Shown here: one piece after another, positions 18,992-32,723 of the stretch
Layout: every line of letters begins with the position of its first letter
Position numbering within the stretch: the stretch's first letter is position 1
Origin: an uncultured Chloroflexia bacterium
Lineage (GTDB): Bacteria > Chloroflexota > UBA6077 > JACCZL01
NCBI GenBank assembly: GCA_963765765.1
Contig: CAVXYC010000007.1
Span: 96,001 to 160,000 of the forward strand
Reading direction: 5' to 3'
DNA: 64,000 nt
The notes under the pieces: model-generated
What the model saw: the letters and a program-made list of their open reading frames with translations, nothing else
Databases searched by the model: none
What the model was told of the DNA's origin: nothing
Program-made: the position numbers and the translations under genes

Positions 18992-21200
18992 ATGCCGGGT
19001 CAGAGTCGAGCCAACAACAATCAGAACGCCAAGCAGAAAGATCTGGAGCCGCAGAAGCGATCGGATGCCGATCAGCCGCTCACGACAAATCAGGGCATTC
19101 GCGTAAGCGACAACCAGAACTCGCTCAAGGTGGGCTCTCGCGGTCCGACGCTGCTGGAGGACTTCGTCCTGCGTGAGAAGATCACGCATTTCGATCATGA
19201 GCGCATTCCGGAGCGAGTGGTCCATGCGCGTGGAGCGGCGGCGCATGGAGTTTTCCAGGTATACGAGTCACTCGCCGAATTTACATCGGCAAAGTTTCTC
19301 CAGGACCCGGCGCGTCGGACACCCGTCTTTGTTCGCTTTTCTACGGTCGCCGGCTCTCGCGGGTCCGCGGACACTGTGCGCGACGTACGGGGCTTTGCTA
19401 CCAAGTTCTACACGGACGAAGGGAATCTTCGATCTCGTTGGGAACAACATTCCCGTCTTCTTCATTCAGGACGCAATTAAGTTCCCCGATCTGGTGCACT
19501 CGGTGAAACCGGAGCCACACAACGAGATTCCGCAAGCGGCCTCGGCGCACGATACGTTCTGGGACTTCATCTGGCTTACGCCTGAAGCGATGCACATGAT
19601 CATGTGGCATCTCTCGGACCGAGCAATTCCCCGGAGCTTCGCGATGATGGAGGGCTTCGGCGTCAACACCTTCGTCTTCGTCAACGACGCCGGCCAGCGG
19701 CGCTTCGTGAAGTTTCACTGGAAACCCGTTCTGGGTAAGCATTCGCTGGTGTGGGATGAAGCGCAGAAGCTCGCTGGAAAGGATGCTGACTTCCATCGCC
19801 GCGATCTCTGGGAGTCGATTGAGAAGGGCAACTTCCCCGAGTACGAATTTGCCGTGCAGATGATCGAGGAGAAGGACGAGCAGGCCTTCGACTTCGACCC
19901 GCTTGACCCATCGAAAGTCTGGCCGGAATCGTTGGTCCCGCTGAAACGGGTCGGCAAGCTCACGCTCAATAAAAACCCTGACAACTTCTTCGCCGAGACG
20001 GAGCAAGTCGCGTTCTGCCCGGCAAACGTTGTCCCGGGTATCGATTTTTCCAACGATCCCCTGCTGCAGGGGCGGCTGTTTTCCTACCTTGATACTCAGC
20101 TCAGCCGTCTGGGAAGCCCGAATTTCCATGAGCTGCCGATCAATCGGCCCCTGGCGCCCGTGCACAACAACCAGCGCGATGCACACATGCGCTTCACGGT
20201 GAACCCCGGGCAGGTTAGCTATCAGCCGAACTCGCTAGGCAACGGCTGCCCCTTCCAGCCAGGCGCGGACATGAGCGCATTCAGGAGCTTTCCCGAGCGC
20301 ATCGAGGCTCAAAAGGTCCGCGAACGGAGCGAGAGCTTCCGCGATCACTTCAGCCAGGCCCGGCTGTTCTGGAGAAGCCAATCTGAAGTGGAGAAGGAGC
20401 ACATCATCCTCGCATTCCGCTTCGAGCTTGGGAAGGTGGAAGCGATGTCGGTTCGTGAGCGTATGGTAGATCTGATCACCAACGTCGACATGGATCTGGC
20501 AGCCCAGGTGGCGGCGGGCATCGGCGTGGCCGATCCGAATAGCACCGGTGGTCTGGACGCGGCCCGCAAACGGCTCGAAGATGGCTGGAATACATTTGGC
20601 GCGACATCCAAGCCTATTTTCCGAACGATCGACGAGCCGACGACGGCTCCAGAGCTCAGCATGGCCAATACCGTTGAGCCAACCATCAAGGGACGAAAGG
20701 TTGCAGTCCTGGCCGCGAACGGAGTTGAAGCCGCGCACGTGACCGGCATGAAGACGGCTCTCACCCGTGGCGGAGCAACCGTGGAGATCGTTGCGCCCTT
20801 ACTGGGGAATATCAGCGGGGTTGATGGCAGCAGTCTCCACGTGGACAAGACGCTCATCTCTGCCGCATCGATCATGTACGACGCGGTCTTCGTGCCCGGG
20901 GGCGACGCGAGTGTGGCCGCGCTCCGTCAAAGCGGCGACGCGGTGCACTTTGTGAGCGAGGCCTTCAAACACTGCAAACCAATTGCCGCTGCCGGCGCGG
21001 GCCTCGATCTGTTACTCGCGGCGAACATCACCGGTGCACCAGTCGATGGGAAGGGGCCAGCGGCCGAGCTCCAGAACATCGAAGGCGTCGTGGTCGAACA
21101 ACCGTCCATGAATATCGACGTCCTGGCCACGAAGTTCACCGATGCGATCAAACAGCACCGTTTCTTTACCCGAGCGAATAAGGAGATGGTGCCTGCGTAG
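18992..21200 (+). CDS. katE: Large-subunit catalase HPII with C-terminal DJ-1/GATase1-like domain; frameshift near 19424
   Basis: [36 protein letters not shown] motifs. Confidence 0.95.
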
Positions 21201-21218
21201 ATCGTAGAAATGACGTGG

Positions 21219-21247
21219 CCCGGGCCAGCCTGCGAGGCTGGCCCGGG
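21219..21247. terminator. 13-bp perfect GC hairpin between convergent genes
   Basis: CCCGGGCCAGCCT-GCG-AGGCTGGCCCGGG; no U-tract. Confidence 0.6.
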
Positions 21248-21272
21248 ACCAGCGAGATCAGAGGCTTATCGC

Positions 21273-22016
21273 CTAGGCTCCGCCCCAGCCGCGCAGTAAG
21301 TCGGGTAGCTGTGAGAGCGTTTGCACGGTGGCGCTCGGGGTGACGTACTCCGGCTTGGGCCAGGGATTGGCGTTCTGACGCCAGATGCCGCGCATCCCGG
21401 CCGCCAGTGCGCCGGAGACGTCATCCACCATTCGGTCGCCGATCATGACGCAGGCCTCGTGCTCCACGCCAAGGCGACCGGCCACTTCCTCGAAGACAGA
21501 CGGGTGAGGTTTGGAGTGGGGCAAGTCTGAGGTGTAGACCAGCTCGTCCAGAAACACGTCCAGACCATGCGTGGCCAGGTCGGCGTTGTGCCAGGCCGCG
21601 GCCCACCAGGTATTGGAGAGCAGGCCCAGCTTGTAGCCGCGCTCGCGCAGCGTTTTAAGGGTGGCTCGAGAATCCGGAAAGACGATCGCCCAGCCATCTA
21701 CGGCATGGGCGTATCCATCCAGCGCCGCCATAAGCTCGGCTTCCTCGGGATGATGTCCGAGTCGCCGAAATCCATCGAGGAGCAATCCGGAGGGCGGGCC
21801 GCTCCAGTGCTCGGTCTCCACGCGTCGCCAGTGGGCCATCTCGGCTTCGCGCATGGCTGCCACAAACTCCTGACGCTCAGGCCAATCGAGCCCCGGCAGC
21901 CCAGTCACCACGTGGTCATACGCCACACCCCAGATCCGGGGCGCGTCGTCAACCCAACCGGGCCAATCGACGAGAGTACCGCCGAGATCGAAGATGACGG
22001 CGCGAGGAATCGTCAT
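21273..22016 (-). CDS. HAD superfamily hydrolase (subfamily IA)
   Basis: FDLGGTL, LLSN, KPHP and IGD..DD motifs. Confidence 0.88.
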   Translation of the reverse strand: MTIPRAVIFDLGGTLVDWPGWVDDAPRIWGVAYDHVVTGLPGLDWPERQEFVAAMREAEMAHWRRVETEHWSGPPSGLLLDGFRRLGHHPEEAELMAALDGYAHAVDGWAIVFPDSRATLKTLRERGYKLGLLSNTWWAAAWHNADLATHGLDVFLDELVYTSDLPHSKPHPSVFEEVAGRLGVEHEACVMIGDRMVDDVSGALAAGMRGIWRQNANPWPKPEYVTPSATVQTLSQLPDLLRGWGGA

Positions 22017-22143
22017 TGAATTAACAGTCGACAGTTCACAACTCGCAATCCTGGAGCAAGGCCTGGCGATGACATGGTCTCATCACGGGCTGTAGAAGAA
22101 GGGAAACTGTTGACTGTCTACGGTGAGCTCTATCGACTCGTGC

Positions 22144-25115
<2,972 letters not shown>

Positions 25116-25356
25116 ATGCAGATTTTAACATAACGACCGAGATTGAATCGAAGATTGTTGTTACAGAAACGTCATGCCGAGGATGGTGATTGGCATGAGT
25201 CCGGCGACCGTTTCTCCCGAACGCTTAACGGACTCATGCATGACTCTTTGATAAGTAACAAGTCATTTAGTAGACCAGCGGTACTCTACCGGTGCGTGGG
25301 TCGATACTGAATCTGGCCGTCCAAGCAGCCAATGCGGCCGTCGCTCACGAGGGCTT

Positions 25357-26196
25357 TCAAGTAACGATTGGCGTCTCGCCTTCCCCCGACTCGGCCGCGA
25401 TGGGTGCGGATGCGTTTCTGAACCAGGATCGTCCATGAGCGAAGAGGCTGACGTTGAGTAGCGCGATGTAGACACAGACACCAGACAGGATCAGGGATAG
25501 CTGAGTCACCCAGTCGTGGATCATCGCCTGCTGCACTCTCACGGTTTCGCGCGCGTTGGTGAGCGCATCCAGAGCACTGGTTACCACGCTGGCTACCTCG
25601 ACGATCCCTTCCACGACGCGCCTGCTAGCTTCTGCGATCCTGGTAAAGATCGATGTCCCCGGTGACTCCGTGTCGATGAGCTGCGAGCGGATGTCAGCGA
25701 TTGTGGCATCGATCTCGCGAAATCGCCCATCGACCGCCTGAAGCTCCTCTATCGGCAGCGGCAGGACTGGTAATCCAGGGAAAACTCCTCGAAGCTGTTC
25801 CATGCGCGCACTTATCGTGGCGAGTCGCTCTCGGATTGCGATGTAGTTGTCGCGCGCGTCCCGCAAGCCGGCGACAATTTCTTCGTCAAGATTGCTGAGC
25901 AGGCCTTCGACGATGCGACGACTTATCACATTTTGTTCGGCGAGCGTCTCGGCTTGAGATCGCAGAGAGTCTACCCGGACGCGGGCCTCCTCCAATCGGA
26001 CGCTCAGCTGCATTGCTCGCGCCTCCACCTCTTCGAGCTTGCCATCGCTGCCCACGATCACCGCGTCCAGCCGCTCGAACACGGCTCCGCGACCGGTCCA
26101 GATCCCCACGATCGCAAGGAGAGAAAGCACAATGGCCAGCACGCTGGCTATCATGGCCAGCAGTCCTAGCGGTCGCTTCAATCGGGGTGACTCCAT
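25357..26196 (-). CDS. Coiled-coil protein with N- and C-terminal TM helices
   Basis: AAGGAG RBS; hydrophobic ends around a heptad-rich core. Confidence 0.7.
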   Translation of the reverse strand: MESPRLKRPLGLLAMIASVLAIVLSLLAIVGIWTGRGAVFERLDAVIVGSDGKLEEVEARAMQLSVRLEEARVRVDSLRSQAETLAEQNVISRRIVEGLLSNLDEEIVAGLRDARDNYIAIRERLATISARMEQLRGVFPGLPVLPLPIEELQAVDGRFREIDATIADIRSQLIDTESPGTSIFTRIAEASRRVVEGIVEVASVVTSALDALTNARETVRVQQAMIHDWVTQLSLILSGVCVYIALLNVSLFAHGRSWFRNASAPIAAESGEGETPIVT

Positions 26197-26781
26197 GCTG
26201 ACTCCTTAAACCACGGGGCTATCCGCGCGAGTTGCCGGCCACGGCTCGTTTTCAGAAATTGTCCCGGCTTGATTTCTTCTTAGAGGACGAGTACGTCTGA
26301 CCACCGTTCACGGTCGGACCGTGGTAGCACTCTCATCAGCCACCCCTGCAAACGCGCGTCCAGATGATCGATTCCAGGGTCGTGCTCGTGGTAGATGCGC
26401 GATTCGATCATTCATATGAGCGAGCAATGCTAGGTGATGTGCAGCACGGCCCTGGCAACCTGAGCCTACCGCGGGTTGCGCCCGCGCATTAATGCCAACT
26501 GTCATGCCCTGGGCCGCGCCGCGACGTGCGAATCGGCACTGCAGACGAGTTGGCGAACTGCGGTCCGGCAAATGGGGCGGCGGCGTAATTAGCAGCACTG
26601 CGAGGATTGTCGCCTGAAGTAGGGCGAGGTGGCGGAGCGCTGACGCCTGAAGGTGGCCCCACTCCTGTAGATAATTGGGGCGAGGAGTGCTTACGTTACG
26701 TCGCGCAACATTGGAATAGCTGATTGACCGATTTCAAACTTCATTACTCAGAGCGCCGGGCGAGCCGTCGGACGAGAAGGC

Positions 26782-27351
26782 ATGACTGAACAAGACAAAA
26801 TGTTGCGAGGCGAGCTTTACGATGCCACCGACCCCCAGCTGGTACTCGCGCGCCGCCGAGCTCGCCACCTCACGAAAGCATTGAACGAGAGCCGAGACGA
26901 TGAACAAGCACACCGGGAGCAGATCATTGCCGAGCTGTTCGGATCGATCGGACATGGGATTTGGATCGAGCCGCCCTTCTATTGTGACTACGGCAGGAAC
27001 ATTCATCTGGGCAGCGCGGTCTTCTTCAACTTCAATTGCGTCATTCTGGACCCGGCGCGGGTGGACATTGGCGATAACGTGCTGATTGGGCCGGCGGTTC
27101 AGATCTACACGGCCACTCACACCCTGGACCCTGAAACACGGCGCGCCGGGCTGGAGCTGGCCAGGCCCGTACGAATCGGCTCCGACGTCTGGATCGGCGG
27201 TGGGGTGATTATCAACCCCGGTGTGACCATTGGCTCGCGCACGGTTATCGGATCGGGCAGCGTTGTGACGCGGGAAATTCCCGCGGCCGTCTTCGCAGCC
27301 GGAAATCCATGTCGGGTGATTCGCAAGCTAGACGCTCCATCTCTAAGTTAA
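26782..27351 (+). CDS. maa: Sugar (maltose) O-acetyltransferase
   Basis: KMLRGELY, PPFYCDYG, hexapeptide repeats, AGNPCRVIR. Confidence 0.92.
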   Translation: MTEQDKMLRGELYDATDPQLVLARRRARHLTKALNESRDDEQAHREQIIAELFGSIGHGIWIEPPFYCDYGRNIHLGSAVFFNFNCVILDPARVDIGDNVLIGPAVQIYTATHTLDPETRRAGLELARPVRIGSDVWIGGGVIINPGVTIGSRTVIGSGSVVTREIPAAVFAAGNPCRVIRKLDAPSLS

Positions 27352-27450
27352 GAGAGGAGCGTCTCGGTGTGGTTGGTATGATTACGTCAGGTTGAGCGGC
27401 ACGGCGCTGAACCCCCTTCCGGCTCCACACAGAAAGCGCTGTCTATCCTT

Positions 27451-27987
27451 ATGAACCGCACCAATAAGATTGCTCTATTCCTTGATATGTCCAACCTCTT
27501 CTACGCGGCTCGATCTCTCAATATCCGATGGGACTACGGACGACTCGTTGGCACCCTCGCAAATGGCCGGCCGGTACTGCGCGCATATGCCTATCTAGGA
27601 ATCGACCCTGAGAATCAGGAAGCGCGAAACCTGATGACCTGGCTTGATCGCAATGGCTTTCGCACTTGCGCCAAGGAGATCCACCAGCTTCCGGATGGCA
27701 CGCTCAAAGCCAACATGGACGTGGAGATCGCCTGCGACATGATGGATCTGGCGGAATACGTGGACACGTCGATTCTGATCAGCGGCGACGGTGATTTCAG
27801 CTACGTCGTGAAAAAGGTCCAGGATCACGGGACGCGCGTGGAAGTAGCCGCGCTGGGTAGCATGTGCTCCCCAATCCTGAAGAACGCGGCCGATCAGTTC
27901 TCCGACCTGGAAGCAATGGTGCCCCAGATCCGACTCGAGGGCCGTCCGCTGTTCACCAATCCGGCGGCACCAATGGGGGAGAGCTAA
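27451..27987 (+). CDS. NYN domain (LabA/DUF88) protein
   Basis: FLDMSN, KANMDVEIACD, SGDGDF, ADQF motifs. Confidence 0.88.
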   Translation: MNRTNKIALFLDMSNLFYAARSLNIRWDYGRLVGTLANGRPVLRAYAYLGIDPENQEARNLMTWLDRNGFRTCAKEIHQLPDGTLKANMDVEIACDMMDLAEYVDTSILISGDGDFSYVVKKVQDHGTRVEVAALGSMCSPILKNAADQFSDLEAMVPQIRLEGRPLFTNPAAPMGES

Positions 27988-28004
27988 AAGCTAGGTCTAG
28001 GCGA

Positions 28005-30446
28005 CTATCGCACCGCGAGGCTCCAGGCCGACGCATTGGATGGCAGATCAACGAACGCCGTATCGTCCTCGTATCGCCAGTTCGCGTGATCTCGGCCATC
28101 TATGTGAACCGAAATCGGCTCATGTAGCCAGGCACGTAACTCTAATATCGTCCGCTGACGGCTGGGACGGAAATTTCCCTCGGGTGTGGCACTCACATTG
28201 AGACTCCCGTGACGCAGTTGGCATTCGATCCGCGTCCGTAAATACTGCCCTTGTTCGTGCGTAAACCCGTCGCCGGCATCTTCGTAAAGGGTCGTCGAAC
28301 CCAGCTCCTCTGAGGGATAGAGGATCACCGTCAGTGGATCTGCCGCTTGCTCACCCACGTGGAGCATCTCCGGCCAGAGCGGTAAGGCGTGACCGCCACG
28401 CACGTAAATCGCCAGCTGTCCTAGCGGAGCATGAGCCAGGATGTGAGCAGGGCCTTCTGTGCGCTCGCCAGTCCACCAGTGGAACCAGTCACCGGGTGGC
28501 AGGTACACATGGCGATACGTTGCCCCAGCACTCGCAATGGGAGCCACCAGTAGAGCTGAACCCAGCATAAATTCATCCGCTGCCGCGCAGGATTCTTCGT
28601 CGGCTGGAAACTCGAACATGAGCGGCCGAATGATTGGCGCACCCGTGCGATTGCAGTCGTCAAACAAGCTGTACATGTACGGGATTAGCCGCTGGCGGAG
28701 CTTGAGCATGGACCGGATGATAGATTGGTAGGGCTCGCCAAACGACCATGGCTCCTGAGACCGAGTGTTCCATGACGAGTGATTCCGGCAGAAGGGCGTG
28801 AAAGCCCCGAGCTCCATCCAGCGCGTCAGAAGCTCACCGTTGGCATCACCGCCAAAGCCGCCCACGTCCACGCCAACCCAAGCCAGCCCTGAGATGCCGA
28901 GGTTCTGAAGCTGCGGCATGCTCATCCAAAGATGCTCCCACCAGGAGGTGTTGTCTCCAGTCCAGTGAAGAGCATGACGCTGGAGCCCGGCGTAGCCGGC
29001 CCGAGAGATCACAAACGGACGTCGATCGGGCCTGTGGCGGAGCATGCCCTCGCGCGTGGCCTGGGCCATTTGAGAACCGTAGAGGTTGTGAACCTCCGCA
29101 TGGAGTCTCGGTTCGCCAGCCCCCTCGTGGATCACGTCAGGCGGAAGGGTCTGAGGAGTTGGGATGAACGCTGTTGGCTCGTTCATGTCGCACCAGATCC
29201 CGGCCACTCCGTGATCGAGCAACGCGGGTAGCTTGTCCCCCCACCATTCACGAGTTCGAGGATTCGTGAAATCGGGAAAGGCGCACGTCCCCGGCCAGAC
29301 TACGTTCTGGTACTCATCGCCGCGTGAGTTTTTCAGGAAAAACCCGGCGTCGTGTCCTTCTCGATATACCGAGTAACGCTGCTCCACCTTGACACCCGGG
29401 TCGATGATCGTGACGAGCTTGATTCCCAGAGTCTCGAGCTCACGAACGAGTCGGTCCGGGTCGGGAAAATTCGTCGGGTCCCAGGTGAAGACGCGAAATT
29501 CATCCATGTAGTCGATGTCCAGGTACAGCGCGTCACACGGGATATCGCGGCGTCGTAGCTCGCGGGCAACGTCCATGACTTCATCGGCGGACTTCCGACC
29601 CCAGCGGCTCTGGTGGTAACCCAGCGCCCAGAGTGGCGGAAGTGGCGTGCGGCCGGTGAGCTGAGTGTAGCGATCGACAACCTGGCGAGGTGATGGTCCG
29701 CCAAAGACGTAGTACACGAGATCGCCGGTGTCCGAGCCGAACCAGGAGCGGTCCGGCTGTTCGCATGCGAGATCGAACTCGACACGGCCCGGATTGTCCA
29801 GAAACAGTCCCCACGCCTGACCGTGCTCTAGGGCCAGGAGAAATGGGATCGAGGTATACATATTGATGAGGCTGGATGTGTGATTCGCACCTGGATCAAC
29901 ATTCCAGAACACCTGATGCGAGTCGGTTTTGTCGAGTCCGCCGGTGCGCTCACCACAGCCAAAATATCGCTCCCCAAGGGGATGACGTTTGTAAACCCGA
30001 GCCGGCGGTCCGAGCGGGTCTATCACCCGTTGACCCTCAGCCATCAGGGGCGAGAAGCCCATGCCAAGGCCGGGATCGTCCTCCGCGAAACGCCGACCAT
30101 GGACGTCGCCGAAGCTTAAACGGAGCGGATTGAGCTGAATGACAGCGGACATGCTGGCGGTGTGCACCGTTACTTCTTCCGAGCTCGGCTCGATGCGCGT
30201 GGCGTGATCCGGCCATTCGTGGGCGCAAACCGCCTCAGATCGATATCGTGGCAGACGCGCCCCATCGAACATCCCAACGCGGAAGATATCTGGTGCGAGC
30301 GCCGTCACTTCGACGACCGTTTCCCCCACATTGAGGCGCACCATGCCGTCCTGGGCGACAGAAACGTCAGCTTTGCCCAGCGGCTCATACGCGCCAGGCG
30401 TAGGCCCGGGCATCCGAAATTGTCGAAAATGGGTGGTGGGTCTCAC
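28005..30446 (-). CDS. GH31 alpha-glucosidase
   Basis: LDIDYM, IIDPG, WCDMNEP nucleophile, WTGDN acid/base. Confidence 0.93.
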   Translation of the reverse strand: MRPTTHFRQFRMPGPTPGAYEPLGKADVSVAQDGMVRLNVGETVVEVTALAPDIFRVGMFDGARLPRYRSEAVCAHEWPDHATRIEPSSEEVTVHTASMSAVIQLNPLRLSFGDVHGRRFAEDDPGLGMGFSPLMAEGQRVIDPLGPPARVYKRHPLGERYFGCGERTGGLDKTDSHQVFWNVDPGANHTSSLINMYTSIPFLLALEHGQAWGLFLDNPGRVEFDLACEQPDRSWFGSDTGDLVYYVFGGPSPRQVVDRYTQLTGRTPLPPLWALGYHQSRWGRKSADEVMDVARELRRRDIPCDALYLDIDYMDEFRVFTWDPTNFPDPDRLVRELETLGIKLVTIIDPGVKVEQRYSVYREGHDAGFFLKNSRGDEYQNVVWPGTCAFPDFTNPRTREWWGDKLPALLDHGVAGIWCDMNEPTAFIPTPQTLPPDVIHEGAGEPRLHAEVHNLYGSQMAQATREGMLRHRPDRRPFVISRAGYAGLQRHALHWTGDNTSWWEHLWMSMPQLQNLGISGLAWVGVDVGGFGGDANGELLTRWMELGAFTPFCRNHSSWNTRSQEPWSFGEPYQSIIRSMLKLRQRLIPYMYSLFDDCNRTGAPIIRPLMFEFPADEESCAAADEFMLGSALLVAPIASAGATYRHVYLPPGDWFHWWTGERTEGPAHILAHAPLGQLAIYVRGGHALPLWPEMLHVGEQAADPLTVILYPSEELGSTTLYEDAGDGFTHEQGQYLRTRIECQLRHGSLNVSATPEGNFRPSRQRTILELRAWLHEPISVHIDGRDHANWRYEDDTAFVDLPSNASAWSLAVR

Positions 30447-30554
30447 ACTTCTATCCTGGTGAAGGCAAATTGCAGCAACAACCCTTTGGCCGAATCCGAT
30501 GGTGCCTCGATGCGCGCACTCGGCGGCTGCTTCCCTGGTGATCGTCGCTCCATG

Positions 30555-30988
30555 CTACACGGGTGATGCTGAATTGCCCGTCGATGGCTCAATGATCAGC
30601 TTCACAACGTTAGATGCTTTACTTGCGACCATCTCGAGCGCTTCCGCCGATTTTTCGAGTGGGAATCGATGCGAAATCAGCGGCGCCGCCCGGACTTGAC
30701 CGCTGGCAAGAATACGGATGGCCAGAGGATGGGCATTCGCGTAGCGGAATACGCCTCGAACATCCAGCTCCTTGTCGATAGCACTCGGGACCGGAGCTTT
30801 CATGTCCAAGAATGAGCGGCTGGTCCACCACGTACCGGCCGATCCGTCCACGCTCAAAATAATGGACGTCCGAGCCGCAGATACCAACAGCGGCGACGCG
30901 AATGCGAAACGTCGCCCGGGCCGGGCGTCGGGTCCGGGCAGTTCTCAATCTCTATGACGCGGGGTTGTTGGAGTACGGCCACGCGCAT
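30555..30988 (-). pseudogene. Zn-dependent sorbitol/polyol dehydrogenase with a large internal deletion
   Basis: MRVAVLQQPR...VGICGSDVH...[10 protein letters not shown] joined near 30790 directly to the C-terminal [11 protein letters not shown]...ISHRFPL; GGAGG RBS. Confidence 0.8.
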
Positions 30989-31024
30989 CCATCACCTCCA
31001 GCCGGAGCTGCGATGGGCTCAATC

Positions 31025-31040
31025 CGCACGTTGGGTGCCA
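31025..31040 (-). promoter_or_regulatory. Sigma-54-type -24/-12 motif TGGCACCCAACGTGCG
   Basis: GG-N10-GC spacing, about 37 bp before the dehydrogenase ATG. Confidence 0.5.
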
Positions 31041-31101
31041 GCGTCGCGGCATAACATTGCGCGCGTCTTGCCCAGCGATCCAGGCGCGGCTTCAGCGTTC
31101 C

Positions 31102-31485
31102 CTAGTCGCAGTGCCGGCGCGCCACTTCGATCAGTTCGTCTATATCGAACGGCTTTGGGAGCACGCCGTCCACCATTGAACGCACGTCTTCGTGGTCGTG
31201 GTCAGCAGCGGCAGTCATCAACACGATCGCCGCGCCATCCGGCGACTTCGCACGATATGTTTCCAGGAAATCCACGCCACCGCCACGGGGCATCCTGAGG
31301 TCCAGAAGGATGAGCGCGGGAGCGTGCAGCAGAGCCTGATGCATACCCTCGTCACCGTCGTGGGCGGCAATCACAACGTAGCCCTCGTCGGTAAGCGCGG
31401 CGGCCACCATTGCATTGGTTGCGGCGTCATCTTCTATGACGAGAACAGTTCGGCGCCCGATGCTCACTTTCGCATTGCTCACCAC
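31102..31485 (-). CDS. Single-domain CheY-like response regulator
   Basis: VIEDD, LLDLRMP, LMTA and KPFD motifs. Confidence 0.9.
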   Translation of the reverse strand: MVSNAKVSIGRRTVLVIEDDAATNAMVAAALTDEGYVVIAAHDGDEGMHQALLHAPALILLDLRMPRGGGVDFLETYRAKSPDGAAIVLMTAAADHDHEDVRSMVDGVLPKPFDIDELIEVARRHCD

Positions 31486-31563
31486 TCAAACCGGCTAGAA
31501 AGCCGCTTGTAGTTTATGTGCTTACAAGACAGCTGGTCAGTACGGTATCGAACGATGCGAAGG

Positions 31564-31579
31564 CGGCACGGGTCTTGCC
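31564..31579 (+). promoter_or_regulatory. Sigma-54-type motif CGGCACGGGTCTTGCC
   Basis: Near-consensus GGCACG-N4-TTGC, 40 bp before the Crp gene. Confidence 0.55.
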
Positions 31580-31618
31580 AAATTGCGGAGCATCTAGCGC
31601 TGGACCGAGGCGATTGCG

Positions 31619-32365
31619 GTGTCGGCAATTCAATCTGAAAACCTCATTCTTGCCTTGCTTCCCAAGCACGAGCGCAGAAGACTAGCGGCTGGAAGCACTC
31701 GCGTCGACCTGGCGCGCGGTACGTGGCTGGCGGAATCGGGCAGGCCCATGAGCCATGTCTACTTTCCTCTATCAGGTGTCTACTCAGTCCTCGGTTGCAC
31801 AGAGAACAGTCAGGTAGAAATCGGAACGATTGGCAACGAGGGAATGATTGGAATCCCTGCATTCCTGGACGACGGTGTGGGACTCTCAGAAGTGCTTGTG
31901 CAGATATCAGGGCAAGCGCTGCAGTTGGAAAAGGACGAGTTTCAGAGGTTGACGGAGAGCTCACCCCATCTACAGGAACGGCTGAATCTTTACACTCAGG
32001 CGTTTCTCAGCCTCACGATGCAATCGGGCGCGTGCAATGCCGTGCATACCGCGGAGCAACGATCTGCACGGTGGCTGCTCATGATGCACGATCGCGTCCA
32101 CTCCAACCGATTCGCGCTATCCCAGGAGATGCTGGCTCGCATGCTGGGCGTTCGTCGTCCCACGGTCACACTCGCGACCGCCGGACTCAAGGCGGATGGA
32201 GCGGTGTCATTCAAAGGCGGTTATGTGACCATCTCGAGTCGCCGAACGCTACGCGCATATGCCTGCGAGTGTTACGGGGTCGTTGCAGCCGAATACAAGC
32301 GTCTTCTCGGCCCCCACGACGCACCTCCAGGCGGCACAGATCGGCCAACGTCGTCCGCCGCCTGA
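31619..32365 (+). CDS. Crp/Fnr family transcriptional regulator
   Basis: NLILALLP, VYFP, IGNEG, ACNAVH, ARWLL and the SQEMLARMLGVRRPTVT HTH. Confidence 0.92.
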   Translation: MSAIQSENLILALLPKHERRRLAAGSTRVDLARGTWLAESGRPMSHVYFPLSGVYSVLGCTENSQVEIGTIGNEGMIGIPAFLDDGVGLSEVLVQISGQALQLEKDEFQRLTESSPHLQERLNLYTQAFLSLTMQSGACNAVHTAEQRSARWLLMMHDRVHSNRFALSQEMLARMLGVRRPTVTLATAGLKADGAVSFKGGYVTISSRRTLRAYACECYGVVAAEYKRLLGPHDAPPGGTDRPTSSAA

Positions 32366-32535
32366 GTTCTCACGCCTAAATAGTTCGATATCGAACTCAA
32401 AAATGACACCGATTGTGGCCATGCTTCCCACGCACATTTCTCCAGCCGGACGCCGTTCGAGCAGCGGTATCGCTCGTTGCGGGGCGCCCAGGCGCAAGTG
32501 AGATTTGCTGATCACACCTCGTATTCGGCGGGAGG

Positions 32536-32615
32536 CCGGTTGGACAGTCGTCTCGACTGTCCGAGACCCGATCAATCCGTGAGTCTCTGGACAGTCGAGA
32601 CGACTGTCCAACCGG
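32536..32615. repeat. REP-like doublet of self-palindromic arms
   Basis: CCGGTTGGACAGTCGTCTCGACTGTCC and its exact reverse complement (32589-32615). Confidence 0.75.
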
Positions 32616-32626
32616 AGCGTCTGGAG

Positions 32627-32697
32627 CTTAACTAAACCGTATTGGGCAACGACGACTGTGCTACCGGGCACGAGGGGTTAACTAAACCGAGTTGGGC
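32627..32697. repeat. Two 20-bp direct repeats TTAACTAAACCG(TA/AG)TTGGGC, 50-bp period
   Basis: Copies at 32628-32647 and 32678-32697. Confidence 0.7.
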
Positions 32698-32723
32698 GGA
32701 GACGCCTGCCCCACCGGTCTAGC

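Noticed and set aside
26325-26695. CIRCE element (TAGCACTC and GAGTGCTTA half sites)
   Set aside because: The half sites are about 350 bp apart rather than N9-spaced; the rest of this gap shows no recognisable RNA gene or credible ORF
32628-32697. Mini-CRISPR (two 20-bp repeats, 30-bp spacer)
   Set aside because: Only two imperfect short repeats, no leader and no cas genes in the window
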